NCBI GenBank assembly: GCA_048213135.1
Contig: PS015221.1
Location: forward strand, 22,782 to 66,016
Origin: Reclinomonas americana ATCC 50394
Taxonomy: Eukaryota
Length of the DNA: 43,235 nucleotides
Direction of reading: 5' to 3'
Positions 1 through 13,326 of the stretch are shown piece after piece. The first letter of the stretch is position 1; each line of letters begins with the position of its first letter. Below the pieces are notes generated by a model, which saw nothing but the letters and a program-made list of their open reading frames with translations, made no database searches and had not been told where the DNA came from. A program made the position numbers and the translations under genes.

Positions 1-3000
1 TGATACGTGTGTGCGTTTTGTGCGACCTTACACTGCCGTGCTCACTCGCGAGGTTGCTCGTTGCACGCAGTACTCATCGCCGTTCACGCAAGTGGCGAAT
101 CTGTCCATCGATTTTCTGGCTGCAGTCTTTCCGCAGCTGCGGCCGAATGCGCAGATGAATCTGCTGACGTTTGTGTGCCGCGATCTCAAGGTCTCCGTCA
201 GTCACCCTGCTGCCATCACACCGTCTGCATCCTCACCTCTCCACATTACTGTAGGGGGCGTGGAAGAAATCTGCTGGGCGTGCACACATGATTGCACTGA
301 ATTGCCTGTCTCTGATGTGGAAACTGATGGCCAACTTTGCGGTGCGGCACGCTGTCGGTGCTTACGAAGTGTGGCCATTCGAGGACATTCGCAGCACTCT
401 GCTTGGTGCGACCGCTCGACTCGACTGCCATTCGTGCGTGCAATCGTTTCTCACCTTTCCCCTTACTTTCAGAGTATTGTGCGCATCCGCGGTGCGAGAT
501 CTACGCCCTGGCTGCCGAGTGCATTGGGTCGTTTGCCGGCGTGTGTGAGCGCGTGAGTCCACCAACGCTGCAGCTGCTGTTGCATACTGTCGTGCAGGAG
601 GTGAGCGCGTGTGTTTTGCGGTTGATTCTGTCTGGGTTTGCATTTTTCATTGAATCTCTGGCCGCAGTGTGAAAACCCCAACCCGGTGGTTCAAGCATCT
701 GTGTGCCTGTCAGTGTCGGCCATGATTCGGTGAGATCGTGTCGTTTTTCTTCGCGAGCGCGTGCGTTGCTGTTTCTCATGCAGTTCTTCGGAGCATACTG
801 CAGACACTTGTCGGTGGCACAGGCAGAGGAGTTCCAGCCGTTGTTTGTCTCCACGTTGCTGTCCAAAGTGCGCAGTATCGAGGTCGACGTGCANNNNNNN
901 NNNNNNNNNNNNNNNNNNNNNNNNNNNNNNNNNNNNNNNNNNNNNNNNNNNNNNNNNNNNNNNNNNNNNNNNNNNNNNNNNNNNNNNNNNNNNNNNNNNN
1001 NNNNNNNNNNNNNNNNNNNNNNNNNNNNNNNNNNNNNNNNNNNNNNNNNNNNNNNNNNNNNNNNNNNNNNNNNNNNNNNNNNNNNNNNNNNNNNNNNNNN
1101 NNNNNNNNNNNNNNNNNNNNNNNNNNNNNNNNNNNNNNNNNNNNNNNNNNNNNNNNNNNNNNNNNNNNNNNNNNNNNNNNNNNNNNNNNNNNNNNNNNNN
1201 NNNNNNNNNNNNNNNNNNNNNNNNNNNNNNNNNNNNNNNNNNNNNNNNNNNNNNNNNNNNNNNNNNNNNNNNNNNNNNNNNNNNNNNNNNNNNNNNNNNN
1301 NNNNNNNNNNNNNNNNNNNNNNNNNNNNNNNNNNNNNNNNNNNNNNNNNNNNNNNNNNNNNNNNNNNNNNNNNNNNNNNNNNNNNNNNNNNNNNNNNNNN
1401 NNNNNNNNNNNNNNNNNNNNNNNNNNNNNNNNNNNNNNNNNNNNNNNNNNNNNNNNNNNNNNNNNNNNNNNNNNNNNNNNNNNNNNNNNNNNNNNNNNNN
1501 NNNNNNNNNNNNNTGGAGCTGTATGCCACGCAGATTCTCACCACCTTGCGTCAGGTTTTTGGCCTCTGTGTTCCCCCGTGGAGTGCATTGTATACATGCA
1601 TTGCAAATCACCCACTCGACTGTCACGCAGCATTTGGTGTGTACCGATCGGTCTGCCGATGTGGATTTCGACGGATCTCTGGGAGGTGTGGTGGACACAA
1701 AGCACCTGGTGTCGCCGGAGGACCTGTCCTGCGTGACGCGAGCGCTGTGTGCATTCCTTGATTGTTGCTGGTCCATCATTGACGATCAAGCCATGGCGCG
1801 CGTCATCTCCCTGCTCGTGGAGCAGTACAAGTTGTCTGAGGGTGCGTTCGTGAAATGTGGTTCGTACTGTTGACTGTTGTTGCACTCACCTACGATCGCG
1901 GTCAATTGGCGCAGCGTACGTGGTGACCTATGGCGAGGAGAGTGCCTTGCGCATCAAGGTGGAGTTGTTGCAGGCCATGGCGCACGTGTTCTCCACGGGT
2001 TTCCGTGGCCACGGACCAGCGTCGGGAGTGCCGACCACCTTTTTTGAGTTGAGCCTGGTCCAGAGTTGAAGGCGTGTGACTTGTTACTGTCGCTGGCTGA
2101 CCTTGCGTCGTCGTTCGCTCTCAGGTGTGACATGATGGTGCTGGTGGTATACGATTGGTTCCACATTGTCAGCGACTTTGCCTATTTGAAGACAAAGCGA
2201 ATGGTTTGTTGGCACTTGTGGTGCAACGCCTCTCGCGCTGGTGCGTTGTTCACTTGAAGCGCACCGACAACAGCATCACTCGTTCGATCGGGACTTGACG
2301 GGCGATCACTGGCAACTGCACCTCACGAATCGCGTTCTCGGGTTCCGAGCACTTCCGCTCATGGAAGGCAAGATGCTCAGTGTGCTGGAGGCGCTTTTCC
2401 GTCTGGCTTCTTTTGATGGAGGCAAGCACTGGAGAACGGCGTTTGAGGTGAGAGGAATGTCGGTGTGTGTGTGAGAGAGGCCACAAATTATGGTGTGGTA
2501 ACACTTGCGAATAGAGCGAGGCATCGTCCACATGGTCGTTTGCCGTCTCGGCGTTTTGGTTCTGCGTCAACATTTTTGTCAGTGCGGATCGCGAGGCATT
2601 CTCCGGTGTCATGAACAACGCGCTCTCGGCATTGGTGGCCGCTCCCTTTACGTGGCTCACACAAGTATGTATCGTGTTCTTTGGTCGCATCAGAGGAACA
2701 TGTTCTCATGAGTGCTTGCTGTTGTGCCAGGACGGAAGTGCGAGTCTTGTCATGGCGTTCTTGGAGAGTCACTTGGATGTGCAGGAAAATGTTGTGTCCC
2801 TTGCTCATTCACATATCTTGTCACCGTCGGCAGTGGTCTCACCGCGCTGGTTCGTCTGCAGCCGGCCACTGTGGTACAGTTCTTGTCGGCAGTGAGCAGT
2901 GGTCTGTCGACCACTCCGGCCAGCGTACGGCCACTCCTGCTGTGCGTACAGGCATGCACACGTCTCTGTGGAAACAGTTTGCCGACTGAACTATTGTGTG

Positions 3001-4271
3001 CTAGTGACTCGGTGATTGCTTCTGTGAATCGTCTGCATCAGCAGTTGCTGGCACTGCATGCTCCTTCGTTGCTTGTCGATGGAGCCGATGCACCAAGCAT
3101 GCGTTGCGTAACGGGCCTTGTTCTCTCTGAATGAAGCGCGGTGCATGCTCCTCATTGCTCGATGCAGAGCTCGACGGTGCCGTGCTGCGAGACTTGCTTG
3201 CCTCCGAGTTGGCGTTTGTCGGTGCCGCTGTCGATCCTGCCGTCTCGGTGGCACTCGAGCAGGGTACCAATGCAGCCGCTTGGCGCTCGTTTGTGGCACA
3301 GTGTGCCATTTGCAGCCAGCGAGTGGTGCGGCTGCTGACTGGTGGCGTGGTGGTGCCGGTGGAACTGCCAGGCATGTGCACTGTGGCTGTTGTTGTTGTT
3401 GTGCTGTATTGTTCACAGTCGTTGTGTTGGTAGCCGATGCAATGTCGCTTGCGTCTCGGGAAATGTCGGCCATTCTGGCCTGCACTGGAGCTGCCTCCGA
3501 TCGTCTGGCGCTGTCCCTCTTGAGGGACGTGCAAGAGTTTCGTGCCTGCGTGGCCACATGGTTGAGAAGAGAACATGTCCATCTCATTTTGAAGTGTATG
3601 CGACAGCTCGGCCAGCACACCGGCGCTGCTGGACTGCGTGGTGGCGGGATTCATGTCATTACCGGAGCACTCGGTCCGGCATCAACAATTCCTCGCAGTG
3701 TTGCAACAGCAGCTGCAACACCCGACGGCGGTATGTGTTTGACTGTGTCTCTGTTCTGTGTCACGTGTCTCACCGCTGTTTTTCGGCGCAGAATTCGTCG
3801 CGGTTGTTGCAGGCAGCACTGCGACAACTTGGACGAGTTGCATTGCCGTCTCCTTTACATATTATCTCGTTGCCATGGACTGCTCACTTTTCCCACCCCC
3901 GACAGCTTGGTGGTGAATCGGGCAACACCATGCGGCAATATGTGGCCGCTGTGGCGCACGTCACGCTGGCCCAGTTGGAAGGAGCGACACCCGGCGTTCT
4001 GGAACAGTGCGCCCTGGAACGAGTGCAGTCTCTCATGCTGCTCTACGCGCTCTCAGCTGCTGTTGATTCGGCGCCCGATACGGATCAAAGTTGCGCCACG
4101 ACAAGCGCCTCTCTCATCTCGATCTCCTTTTCTCGCTGACCAAATGACTGTGAACACCAGAAGCACAATGTCTCGATGTGGTCGTGGCCGCCTTGCTCGT
4201 GTTCCTTCGCCTGTTGCGTGCGCCACAGTGACACACTCGCCCAGTGACCCAGTTCTCACGTGCTCTTGCCG
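1..4271 (+). CDS. Large multi-exon helical (ARM/HEAT-like) protein of unknown identity; partial, interrupted by gap 894-1513, runs into gap 4272-5151
   Basis: Successive Leu/Ala-rich helical exons on + separated by short GT-AG introns (e.g. GAG|gtgagc at 601, GAG|gtgaga at 2447). No family-diagnostic motif recognised. Confidence 0.6.
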
Positions 4272-5152
4272 NNNNNNNNNNNNNNNNNNNNNNNNNNNNN
4301 NNNNNNNNNNNNNNNNNNNNNNNNNNNNNNNNNNNNNNNNNNNNNNNNNNNNNNNNNNNNNNNNNNNNNNNNNNNNNNNNNNNNNNNNNNNNNNNNNNNN
4401 NNNNNNNNNNNNNNNNNNNNNNNNNNNNNNNNNNNNNNNNNNNNNNNNNNNNNNNNNNNNNNNNNNNNNNNNNNNNNNNNNNNNNNNNNNNNNNNNNNNN
4501 NNNNNNNNNNNNNNNNNNNNNNNNNNNNNNNNNNNNNNNNNNNNNNNNNNNNNNNNNNNNNNNNNNNNNNNNNNNNNNNNNNNNNNNNNNNNNNNNNNNN
4601 NNNNNNNNNNNNNNNNNNNNNNNNNNNNNNNNNNNNNNNNNNNNNNNNNNNNNNNNNNNNNNNNNNNNNNNNNNNNNNNNNNNNNNNNNNNNNNNNNNNN
4701 NNNNNNNNNNNNNNNNNNNNNNNNNNNNNNNNNNNNNNNNNNNNNNNNNNNNNNNNNNNNNNNNNNNNNNNNNNNNNNNNNNNNNNNNNNNNNNNNNNNN
4801 NNNNNNNNNNNNNNNNNNNNNNNNNNNNNNNNNNNNNNNNNNNNNNNNNNNNNNNNNNNNNNNNNNNNNNNNNNNNNNNNNNNNNNNNNNNNNNNNNNNN
4901 NNNNNNNNNNNNNNNNNNNNNNNNNNNNNNNNNNNNNNNNNNNNNNNNNNNNNNNNNNNNNNNNNNNNNNNNNNNNNNNNNNNNNNNNNNNNNNNNNNNN
5001 NNNNNNNNNNNNNNNNNNNNNNNNNNNNNNNNNNNNNNNNNNNNNNNNNNNNNNNNNNNNNNNNNNNNNNNNNNNNNNNNNNNNNNNNNNNNNNNNNNNN
5101 NNNNNNNNNNNNNNNNNNNNNNNNNNNNNNNNNNNNNNNNNNNNNNNNNNNC

Positions 5153-5799
5153 CTTCTCGAGCTCAGTGTAAAACGTAATCGTGAATGCCGGCATTGCATT
5201 CACACCTGCAGGCGCCAGTGCTTCAGCCTGTCGTCCCTCTCCCCCCTCCTCCCCTCGCTCCCTCCCTCTCTCCCACTCAACTCTTCGTGCGGTACTCCTC
5301 CAGTGGCGTCATGAGACAATGCTGACCCTGGAACTGTGCCACCATACTCAAGTAGCCCTCGCCCTTGATCAGTGGCAAGACAAACATGGGACTGCAGAGG
5401 GAGAGACGTGAGGAGACGACGGCTAGCGAGCGGGGATAGAAGAGGGGAGGAGAGGAGACCATGCTTTGCAGTGCGCCTGCAAGTCCTGGAAGACGTTCGA
5501 GTTGAGAGTCATTGCGACAGCATCGTTCCGGCTCAGATGATGCTGCATGCAAGGAATGAGAGGACTTCTCCGACAATGCACACTCACACACACGTGCACA
5601 CACACACACACCTCCGACCAGATGGCTGCCACACGTTCTTTGGGTTCACTGTGTGCGTGCAGAGTGAGCGCTGAATGAAGGACTGGCATGGAATGCATTG
5701 CGCGGACCGCATGAGAAGAGGCAGCTTGACGATCTGATCGAGGGCTCTTGACCCCGGCCATGTGAATGACATGTACCGCCGTGCGGTTCTGAACAGCAT
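5153..5799 (-). CDS. ATP11: ATP synthase F1 assembly factor ATP11/ATPAF1 (3' end lost in gap)
   Basis: Spliced translation MLFRTARRYMSFTWPGSRALDQIVKLPLLMR|EPKERVAAIWSE|HHLSRND...CKAC|PMFVLPLIKGEGYLSMVAQFQGQHCLMTPLEEYRTK|SVNAMPAFTITFYTELEK. It matches the ATP11 motifs LDxIVKL, IWxxHH, PMFVLPL, LEEY and YTEL, and has an Arg-rich targeting-like N-terminus. Confidence 0.88.
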
Positions 5800-6080
5800 T
5801 CCTTGTTCTCGACGAGATGGAAAAGGGAGCGACGAAGTAGGACACTCCAAGAGGACACGATACGAGACAACTGCGACGAGACGGAGGCGACGACGTCGTC
5901 ACAGAGGGTGCTTGGTGTTTCACCAACCTTGATCTCCTAGTTGTCGTGTCAAGGATCAAGGGTAACAGATGCAGGGGTTGACGTGCACAAGGACGAAGGG
6001 TCAAGGCTCTCGTGTGACTTCTGTTCACGAAACAGTCTCCACTACATTCTCGCCAACAAAGCGGAAGCACGGGGTGTGCT

Positions 6081-8287
6081 TTAGAGAGCGGATGAGTTGG
6101 TCGAGGCTCCGGCACCGGAATTCGGCGACAACGGAGCAGGAGCAGGAGCTGGGACAGGAGCCGCCGCGGCCGGTGGTGGCGGGCACGGAGCCGTGGGCAT
6201 GGCGGAGCATTCATCAAAAAGATCCTTGAACAGAGCAGTTGACAGGTCTGCAGAAAGCGCATCCGAGTGAATACACAAACTCACACAGCACAGACAGCAA
6301 TGATTGCGACGCAACAGCGTTCGCCAAAGCTGGGCTCCACCACCTGACGAGATACGCAAGTGATGAGGAGGGGGACGCCAACGAAACCGACTTTGCTGGC
6401 ATGACAGACGCAACGACAATCAGCTTGCCCTCGTTCTCCGGCTGCTTTGCCAGCTCCACTGCGCTGTGAATCTGTGCACAAGGTGAGGGGGGGGGGAAAG
6501 AACACAACTGCCCTGCACGCTGCTGACACACACCGCTGCACCGCTGGAAATGCCACAGAAGATGCCTTCCTCCTTGGGCAGGCGGCGCGCCATCGTCAGA
6601 GCTGTGTGCCAGCTGCGTGAGCACACACACAAAACATGCAAAAGTGCGCTAAACTCACCGGTTTGTGACGACACCTGGATGATTCCGTCGACCACCTCGC
6701 TGTCATAGATCTGCACTGCCAGTGAGCACAGACATTGTCGATTCCTGTCGCCGCGACACGCACACGCAACATCTGGCTTGAATCCGGCGCCAATGCCCTG
6801 GATCATGTGCGGACCGGGCTTGTTGCCACTGAGAACAGCCGACTCGACGGGTTCCACGGCGAACGCCTGCATGCCGACGCGCGTGCATCAGTGAGGAGGA
6901 GATGTGCACACATCACGGTCAATTATGGTGGCTCACACGCCAGCACCTTCACACTCGGCTTCTGCTCCTTCAGGAACTTGACAGCACCGGAGATGGTGCC
7001 GCCTGACACAAGATTGCACATGAGTGAGCCAGCAGAGCAGGGGGCGAAACTCGTCGAATTCACACACCAGTGCCCACACCACCGACGAAAATGTCGACTT
7101 CGCCCGCGGTGTCGCGCCAGATTTCCGGGCCAGTGCTGCGTGTATGTCTGGTGTGAGCCTTCTCTTCTATTCGTTCCACACCCCCGCAGCACAAGGAACG
7201 CAACGTGTTGTAGTGGATCGCAGGATTGGCGGGGTTGCCAAACTGGTTGGGCATCCACGAGTTCGGGATCTCCTCCAACATCTGCCTGGCCTTGCGCTGC
7301 AGCACGAGGGAGTGGGGGGCAAGAGTGAGGCAACAGATACAGGCGGGGACATGTCGGGTAAACTCAACTGCAGCTCCGGGAATGCCAAACTCGCGCGGCG
7401 TCAGCACCAACTCGGCACCAAACGCACGCAGCAACACACGGCGCTCCATCGAGAAGCTATCCGGCATCACTGTGTTGCGTGGGAAAACGAAAAAAAGTGT
7501 GAGCAGACCGAACACACAGCACAGCATACAAGAATGAAAAGAGGCGGCCTCACCGAGGATGGCCTTGTAGCCCTTGACGGCGGCGGCAAAGGCCAGCGCA
7601 ATGCCAGTGTTGCTGCGCAGAAGAGGGAAACGAAAAGAACAAGCAAGCGAGAAAAGTCAGCGGTGAATAACGCTGCAAACTCGAGTGAGAGATACAGCTT
7701 GCCGCCGCTGTGCGCACCCTGATGTGGGTTCGATAATGGTCGTGATGCCCGGTGTAATGATGCCGCGCTCCTCGGCGTCATCCAGCATCGCCTTGCCAAT
7801 GCGGTCCTTCACCGAGCCGCAAGGCTGCGCGCGCGCGTGCGAGGAGAGGGCGTGAGTGCGACATGTCGGTCCACCATTGTCGAGACACACACACACACAC
7901 ACACAGACACACCTCTTGCGCCTCGAGCTTGACGGCGACGCGAGCGACGCAGCCCTCGGTCACGCGGTTGAGGTACACCATGGGTGTGCCTGTCGTGCAT
8001 TCGCGTGAGCACACGCAATCAGACGACCACACACTCTGTCTCTCACGCACGCACCACCGACGAGGTCGAGCATCGTCGCGGCGATTCGGTTGGTGGATCC
8101 TGCAGCTGCGTGCGTGCATGCATGTATGCGCGAGTGCGAGTGAGTGAGTGAATGATGACACACACACAATGCTCCGATGCATCAGTCGTCGCTTCTCGTT
8201 GCAATGCAGTGCTCTCTCTCTCTCTGTCAGTCGACTGTGAAACACAGTGTGTGCAAGTGTCTCTGATGTGCACTCACCAGATGCCAT
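6081..8287 (-). CDS. cysK: Cysteine synthase / O-acetylserine (thiol)-lyase, CysK-type, 15 exons
   Basis: Spliced motifs [23 protein letters not shown] (PLP lysine), [76 protein letters not shown] at 8287, TAA at 6081-6083. Confidence 0.96.
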
Positions 8288-8494
8288 GGGGGACGGGGTT
8301 GCCTGTGCGTGCGAGAAGAGCGACAAGAATTTAATTTCGTCGGCCCCTAATGTAATGTGTTCGGAACGCTCCGAATGAACGTTGCAGCTTTCGCATATTT
8401 ATTCAAGGCAAAGACAAACGCAGAGAGCGAAGAAAGAGAGCACGCCCGACTAATTCTTAATCGAGTATTCTATACATAAAAAACGCACATCGAA

Positions 8495-9670
8495 TTACCA
8501 GGCTGACTTGTTGTCGGTCGCGCCATGGCCAGCCTCGACATCCTTTGCCCGTCCCGACGGGGTGTAGTTGGCGGCGGAGGGACTCACCGCCCGGCGAGCG
8601 GCGGCGCCATCGCGGAAGAAGAAGGACAGGATGAGCGTCACAAACACGAGCCATGTGCCGACCCTGCATGCGCAGCGTGTGAGCACGGAGGGGAGCACGC
8701 CACACGCGAGTGCGCATGCAGCAGTTCACGTACCAGAAGATGATGTAGCTCCAGTCCCATTTCTGCAATCGGAAAGAGGCGCTGCGAGTGAGAAGGAACA
8801 CGACACCAGGTGCACTACACATGCATCCCTGCATTCGACGCAACTGCCTTGCCGTTCACTCCGTACAGCGGGTCGCACGGTCCGAGCGTGTTCTGGTTGG
8901 TGTAGTACGCGACGGCGGCGAGGCACAGCTGCAGCAGAAGAAAAATGCATGAGCACAGCGATCACACACAAAGGTACAGGGAAACCAGCATCGCACGAAC
9001 CCCCCACGAGATGAAGGAAATGACCTGCAATGACAAACACGCAACACGATGTGAGACGACACGGCGACACATCGACAGTTTTCTGTTGGACGCACCGCGC
9101 ACACCCACTTGATCGCGGTGAGTGGTCGAATCACGTAGATCAGAAGGAAGACAAAGAGGAGGCAGGCCATGCCCGTCCCACTGGCACCGACACCGAGCGT
9201 CTACGCAGTCGCGTTGAGTGGTGGTGATCAGTCAGACAGACAACAAAGTATCGAAAAACACACGCAACGACGCGATTGATCTGCGCGTCACTCGTGCTCC
9301 CCGTGTAGCATGCCGGTCCATTCACAGGGTCGTCGTAGTTCGTGCACAGCCACCTGCGTGCACACGCCAGTGTCACACAAAAGCGGAAAGTCACAAGGTT
9401 CATGATTGGCTGTTGCAGCAAACAAACCCATTGCGGAGGCCGACTTCGAAATAGTATGCCGGCCTGCAGTCTTGTTTGCTGTGTTGTCGGAGGCACACGG
9501 AGAGAGGGAGGAGAGTGACAGCGTGAGTTTTCAGACGGAGAGCTGCGAAACCGTACACACACACACACACGCAACATCCAGTGCCACGACTTGAGGCCGA
9601 GGACGCAGCAAGCGATCGCTCCACCGACCAGTACCAGACACACAATGGCGAGGGCGCGACCAGTGGTCAT
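8495..9670 (-). CDS. Small tetraspan membrane protein, claudin/PMP22-superfamily-like
   Basis: Four hydrophobic segments across about 7 exons. The first loop has W..W...GL..GWLC...C, WDWSY precedes TM4, and there is a short polar tail. A possible 5'-UTR intron lies at about 9673-9749. Confidence 0.6.
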
Positions 9671-10409
9671 TCCTGTGCATGTGTGTGCGATCATGAGTGT
9701 GTGTGACGTCGACACATTGGATCAACGATGAGATGCGATCGCCGACGCACCTGGTCCCTCTCTGGTGTTCAAGTCGCGGATCTTCAGCTCTTGCGTCGGT
9801 CGCGCCGACGTGTGGCCATTCGCTGCGCTGTCACTCATCGCTGATCGGAAGATCTTGTTGGAATGTGTTCAAACGGAGAAAGGGAGCTTTTTGCGAGTTG
9901 CCCTGCAACGCTGCACGCGTGAGACGAACGGCAACAGAATGTGTGTGTGAGTGAGTGTGTGTGTGCTCTCTCTTACCGCACCTTGAAGCAGTGGCAAGAG
10001 GGAGCAGTTAGAGTCGACGGGGTTTTTGGACAACTGTCGCGCTCGGGCGTTTACGCGTCTATATGCAGACCTGGCGTGGTGTTTGTTGCACCCGGACAAC
10101 AGCGAATGTGCGAGAGACCTGTGCGCAGCAGTGGGCACTGCGGAAAGTGTGTGTGACCGCGGCAATCGACATTTTCATCGACTTTTTTCAGGAAATGGAC
10201 AGGTGTCGCGCCGCAATCGCACTCGACACGTGGCGCTATCCATGCGCATGGTTTCTCTTCTCGCTTGCTCGCCTGCGCAGTGGTGGAGCCACCTGCTGCC
10301 TCCGTCCGAAACCCCTGTTTGCAGACATTGATTGGTTCAGCTCTTCGATTTCTCAAAAGTTTCTTTTTTGTGGCCGCGCGCGCATGCAGACGCTGCTTGC
10401 AGCAAAAGA

Positions 10410-13288
10410 ATGAAATTCGGGCGTCGTCTCTACGAGTACTCGGTGCCCGAGTGGTTCTCGCAGTACTTTGCCTACAAGGCGCTGAAGAAAATGGTCTCAA
10501 TCCTCGGCGACGCTCTCGCACTCCCTGCTCCGGTGAGTGGCCTCTCTCTCTCCCTCCCTCTCCTCTCTTCTCTCCTCTCTCTCTCTCTCTCTGTGCACTC
10601 TGTTCATGCATGTGTCTGTGTGTGCGCCAAAAGCTACGTGAGCACCGAGCGCATTCCGTGTCGTCGGACGGCGCGAACACCGAGCTTGTGTCGCTGGTCA
10701 GCGGCGGTGCGGCAGGAGCGGCAGCTGTGGAAGTGGATTCCAGCAGTGAGCCGAGTCTGCCGGCGAGTGACTCGTTCACCGTCATCAAGCGCCTCGGTCA
10801 CATCAATCGTCACTTCAACCTGGGCGTGTCGGCGATTGTCGAGGTGCGTGCGCATGCGTGCGTGCGCGTCGCCTTTGGGCGCTACTTCCTCTCACGCCAC
10901 TCAAACTCATCGCAGCTGGATGCTTTGGATGCGAGCCAAGTGCCGTGTGTGACGCGCGCGCTGGCCGTAGAGCTCATTCTGGAGGCGTACCGCGTGCAAA
11001 TGGCCAAGGCCAGCAGCTTCTTTGCGGAACGCGTGGCGCCGGCAATGCAGCGGTGGGAGGAACTGAAGACGGTGGCGCCTCGCTCGCTCCTCTCCAAGGA
11101 CGCGCTCAGAATGCCGGCCTCCGAGTACGCGGATCTGCTGAGCGCGGCGGAGCGCACGTTCAAGGAGCAGTACTCGATGGTGTTTCACCTCGAGAACTTT
11201 TGGTGAGCTCTCCTTCATCTTGTGAATGCTGTTGCTTGCCCCCCCTGCTGCCTGACTGACACTCTTCCATGCATCTCGCACAAAGCATTCTCAACGTGAC
11301 GGCCGCACTCAAGATGCTCAAGAAAGTGCGCAAGAAAATGCGCGCGCGTCGACACGCCCCCCAGGCGACGCTGGCCGACACGCAGCAGAAGATCGAGGAG
11401 TGGGATTTGGGTCGGCACGCGGTAGAGCTCAGCCAGGTGTGCGATCAGCTGGAGAGACTCTTCGAGAAGCTGTTTGTGCACAATCCGCGCATGCCCACCT
11501 CGTCGTCGTCGCTGTCGGTTCGCGGAATGCGCCAACCGCATCACGCCGACTCGTTCCTCGGAGGTTTGTTCATCGGGCTGACAGCATCGTGCCTCATGGC
11601 CCTCGGCTTCATGTTCAACGGCGATGTGTCGACGAGTATCAACTCGGCGCACTACGCCGCCGAGCTGGCTCTATTCCGTTGCCTGTTTGTGATTGGCTTG
11701 GCCTTTGTCGGCTGGAGCCTCAACACATACGTGTGGCAACTGTACAAGATCAACTACGTGTTCATCTTTGGCTTCGACCCTCGCACCACCCTCACCCCGC
11801 ATAGGGCACTGGCAGTGGCCACGGCTTTCATGGCGGTCTGTGGCGTCTTCTTCTTGGTGTGGATGACCATTATCTCGTCCGACCTGAAGACCGCCGTTCC
11901 ACGACAAGTGTTTGTGTATCCTGTGGTTGCGGTCGGTGCGTGTATGTGAGCCTTCGCGATAGCCGTCTTCGAATTCTCTGTGTTCACTTACGTTCCGTTG
12001 CAGTGGTCTTGGTGCTGATCAACCCGTTTCGCATCATGAATTACTCGGGTCGCATGCTCTTCCTGCGCACCACCTTCCGTATCGTGACGGCGCCGTTCCA
12101 CATGGTGACGTTTGGCGACGTGTTCCTCGGCGACATTTTCACCAGCCTGACATCCGCGCTGAACGACTTCTTCGCGAGTATGGCGGCCGTGGCGACAAGT
12201 GAGGTTCCGCTTGGTCTGACGCTGAATCGGACAATCACTGCACTGGCACTGGGCTTGCCGTATCTGTGGCGCATGCTACAATGCTTGCGGCGGTATCGAG
12301 ACACGCGACACGCGTGGCCACATCTGGCCAACGCCGTCAAGTATTTTTCGGCGTTCCCCAACGTCGTGTTTGGTGTGCTCGAGACGTACGATGGGCGCTA
12401 CTTGGTGCCACTGATCGTCAGCTACGTCGTGTCGGCGGTCCTTCGTCTGTACTGGGACTTGAAGGTTTCGTTGTGCGGCGCCTAGAGCTTGCTTCATTCC
12501 ATGCGTGCATGTACCCACTTGCGCGCCGCAAACAGATGGACTGGGGACTGTTGGATTTCAAGCAAAAGAAACACTGGCTCCTTCGCAAGGTTGAGAGCTC
12601 GCCATATGGGCTTCGTTCTCTGCCAACTCTCATACATGTGTGCTCATTGCTTGCGTTTTTTTTTTTGCAGCAACTGACGTTCCCCAAGTTTGTGTACTAT
12701 GTGGCCTTTTTCCTCAACTGTGTTCTCCGCATGGCATGGATCGTGCAGGTACGTGTGTACGCGCGTGCTCTCCTCTCTCCCCGTTGTCTGGTCGTGACTC
12801 TCGTCGTGCAGGTTACCATTATTGTACGCAACAGTCTGGCGAGGCCATTTGTGCAAGTCGGTCTCGCCGCCGCCGAAGTCACTCGCCGTGTCGTGTGGAG
12901 TTTCATTCGTGTGGAGAACGAGCATCTGACCAACTGCGACGGCTTCCGGGCCTTCAAGCTGACGCCTCTCCCGTTCCAGCCAGTGCACTTGCAAGATACG
13001 GCGACCGACCCGAATGCACAATCGGCGCAAACCATCGAGTTGGAGGCGTCTGTCGCCATGCTGCCGACCACCGAGAGCGCCCGTCTGCGTGCGCTCTCTG
13101 TACCACTAGTCAATAGCGATGGTAAGTCACACTATGTGTGCGTAAGCACAGGACCACCACTTCTTGCACACCTGACAGTCGCCTTGACAGGTGAAGCCGA
13201 GCAGGCGCTCTCAAGAACTCCTGACGCGACCGACTGGGAGCAGCGTTTCAATCGTCGCTCCAAGTCCATCCATTTCCATCATCTGTAA
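10410..13288 (+). CDS. SPX-EXS domain protein (XPR1/SYG1/PHO1-family phosphate exporter), 9 exons
   Basis: SPX motifs: MKFGRRL...PEW..QYFAYKALKK and CILNVTAALKMLKKVRK. EXS motifs: INYVFIF, FGDVFLGDIFTSL, LQCLRRYRDT, HLANAVKY, YWDLKMDWG, EVTRRVVWSFIRVENEH. The TAA is followed by AATAAA. Confidence 0.95.
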
Positions 13289-13326
13289 GTAATAAATGTA
13301 CCAGTAGTCCATGTATCCCGCGGACT

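Noticed and set aside
1-4271. Naming the first gene or the organism
   Set aside because: No diagnostic motif was recognised. A database search is needed.
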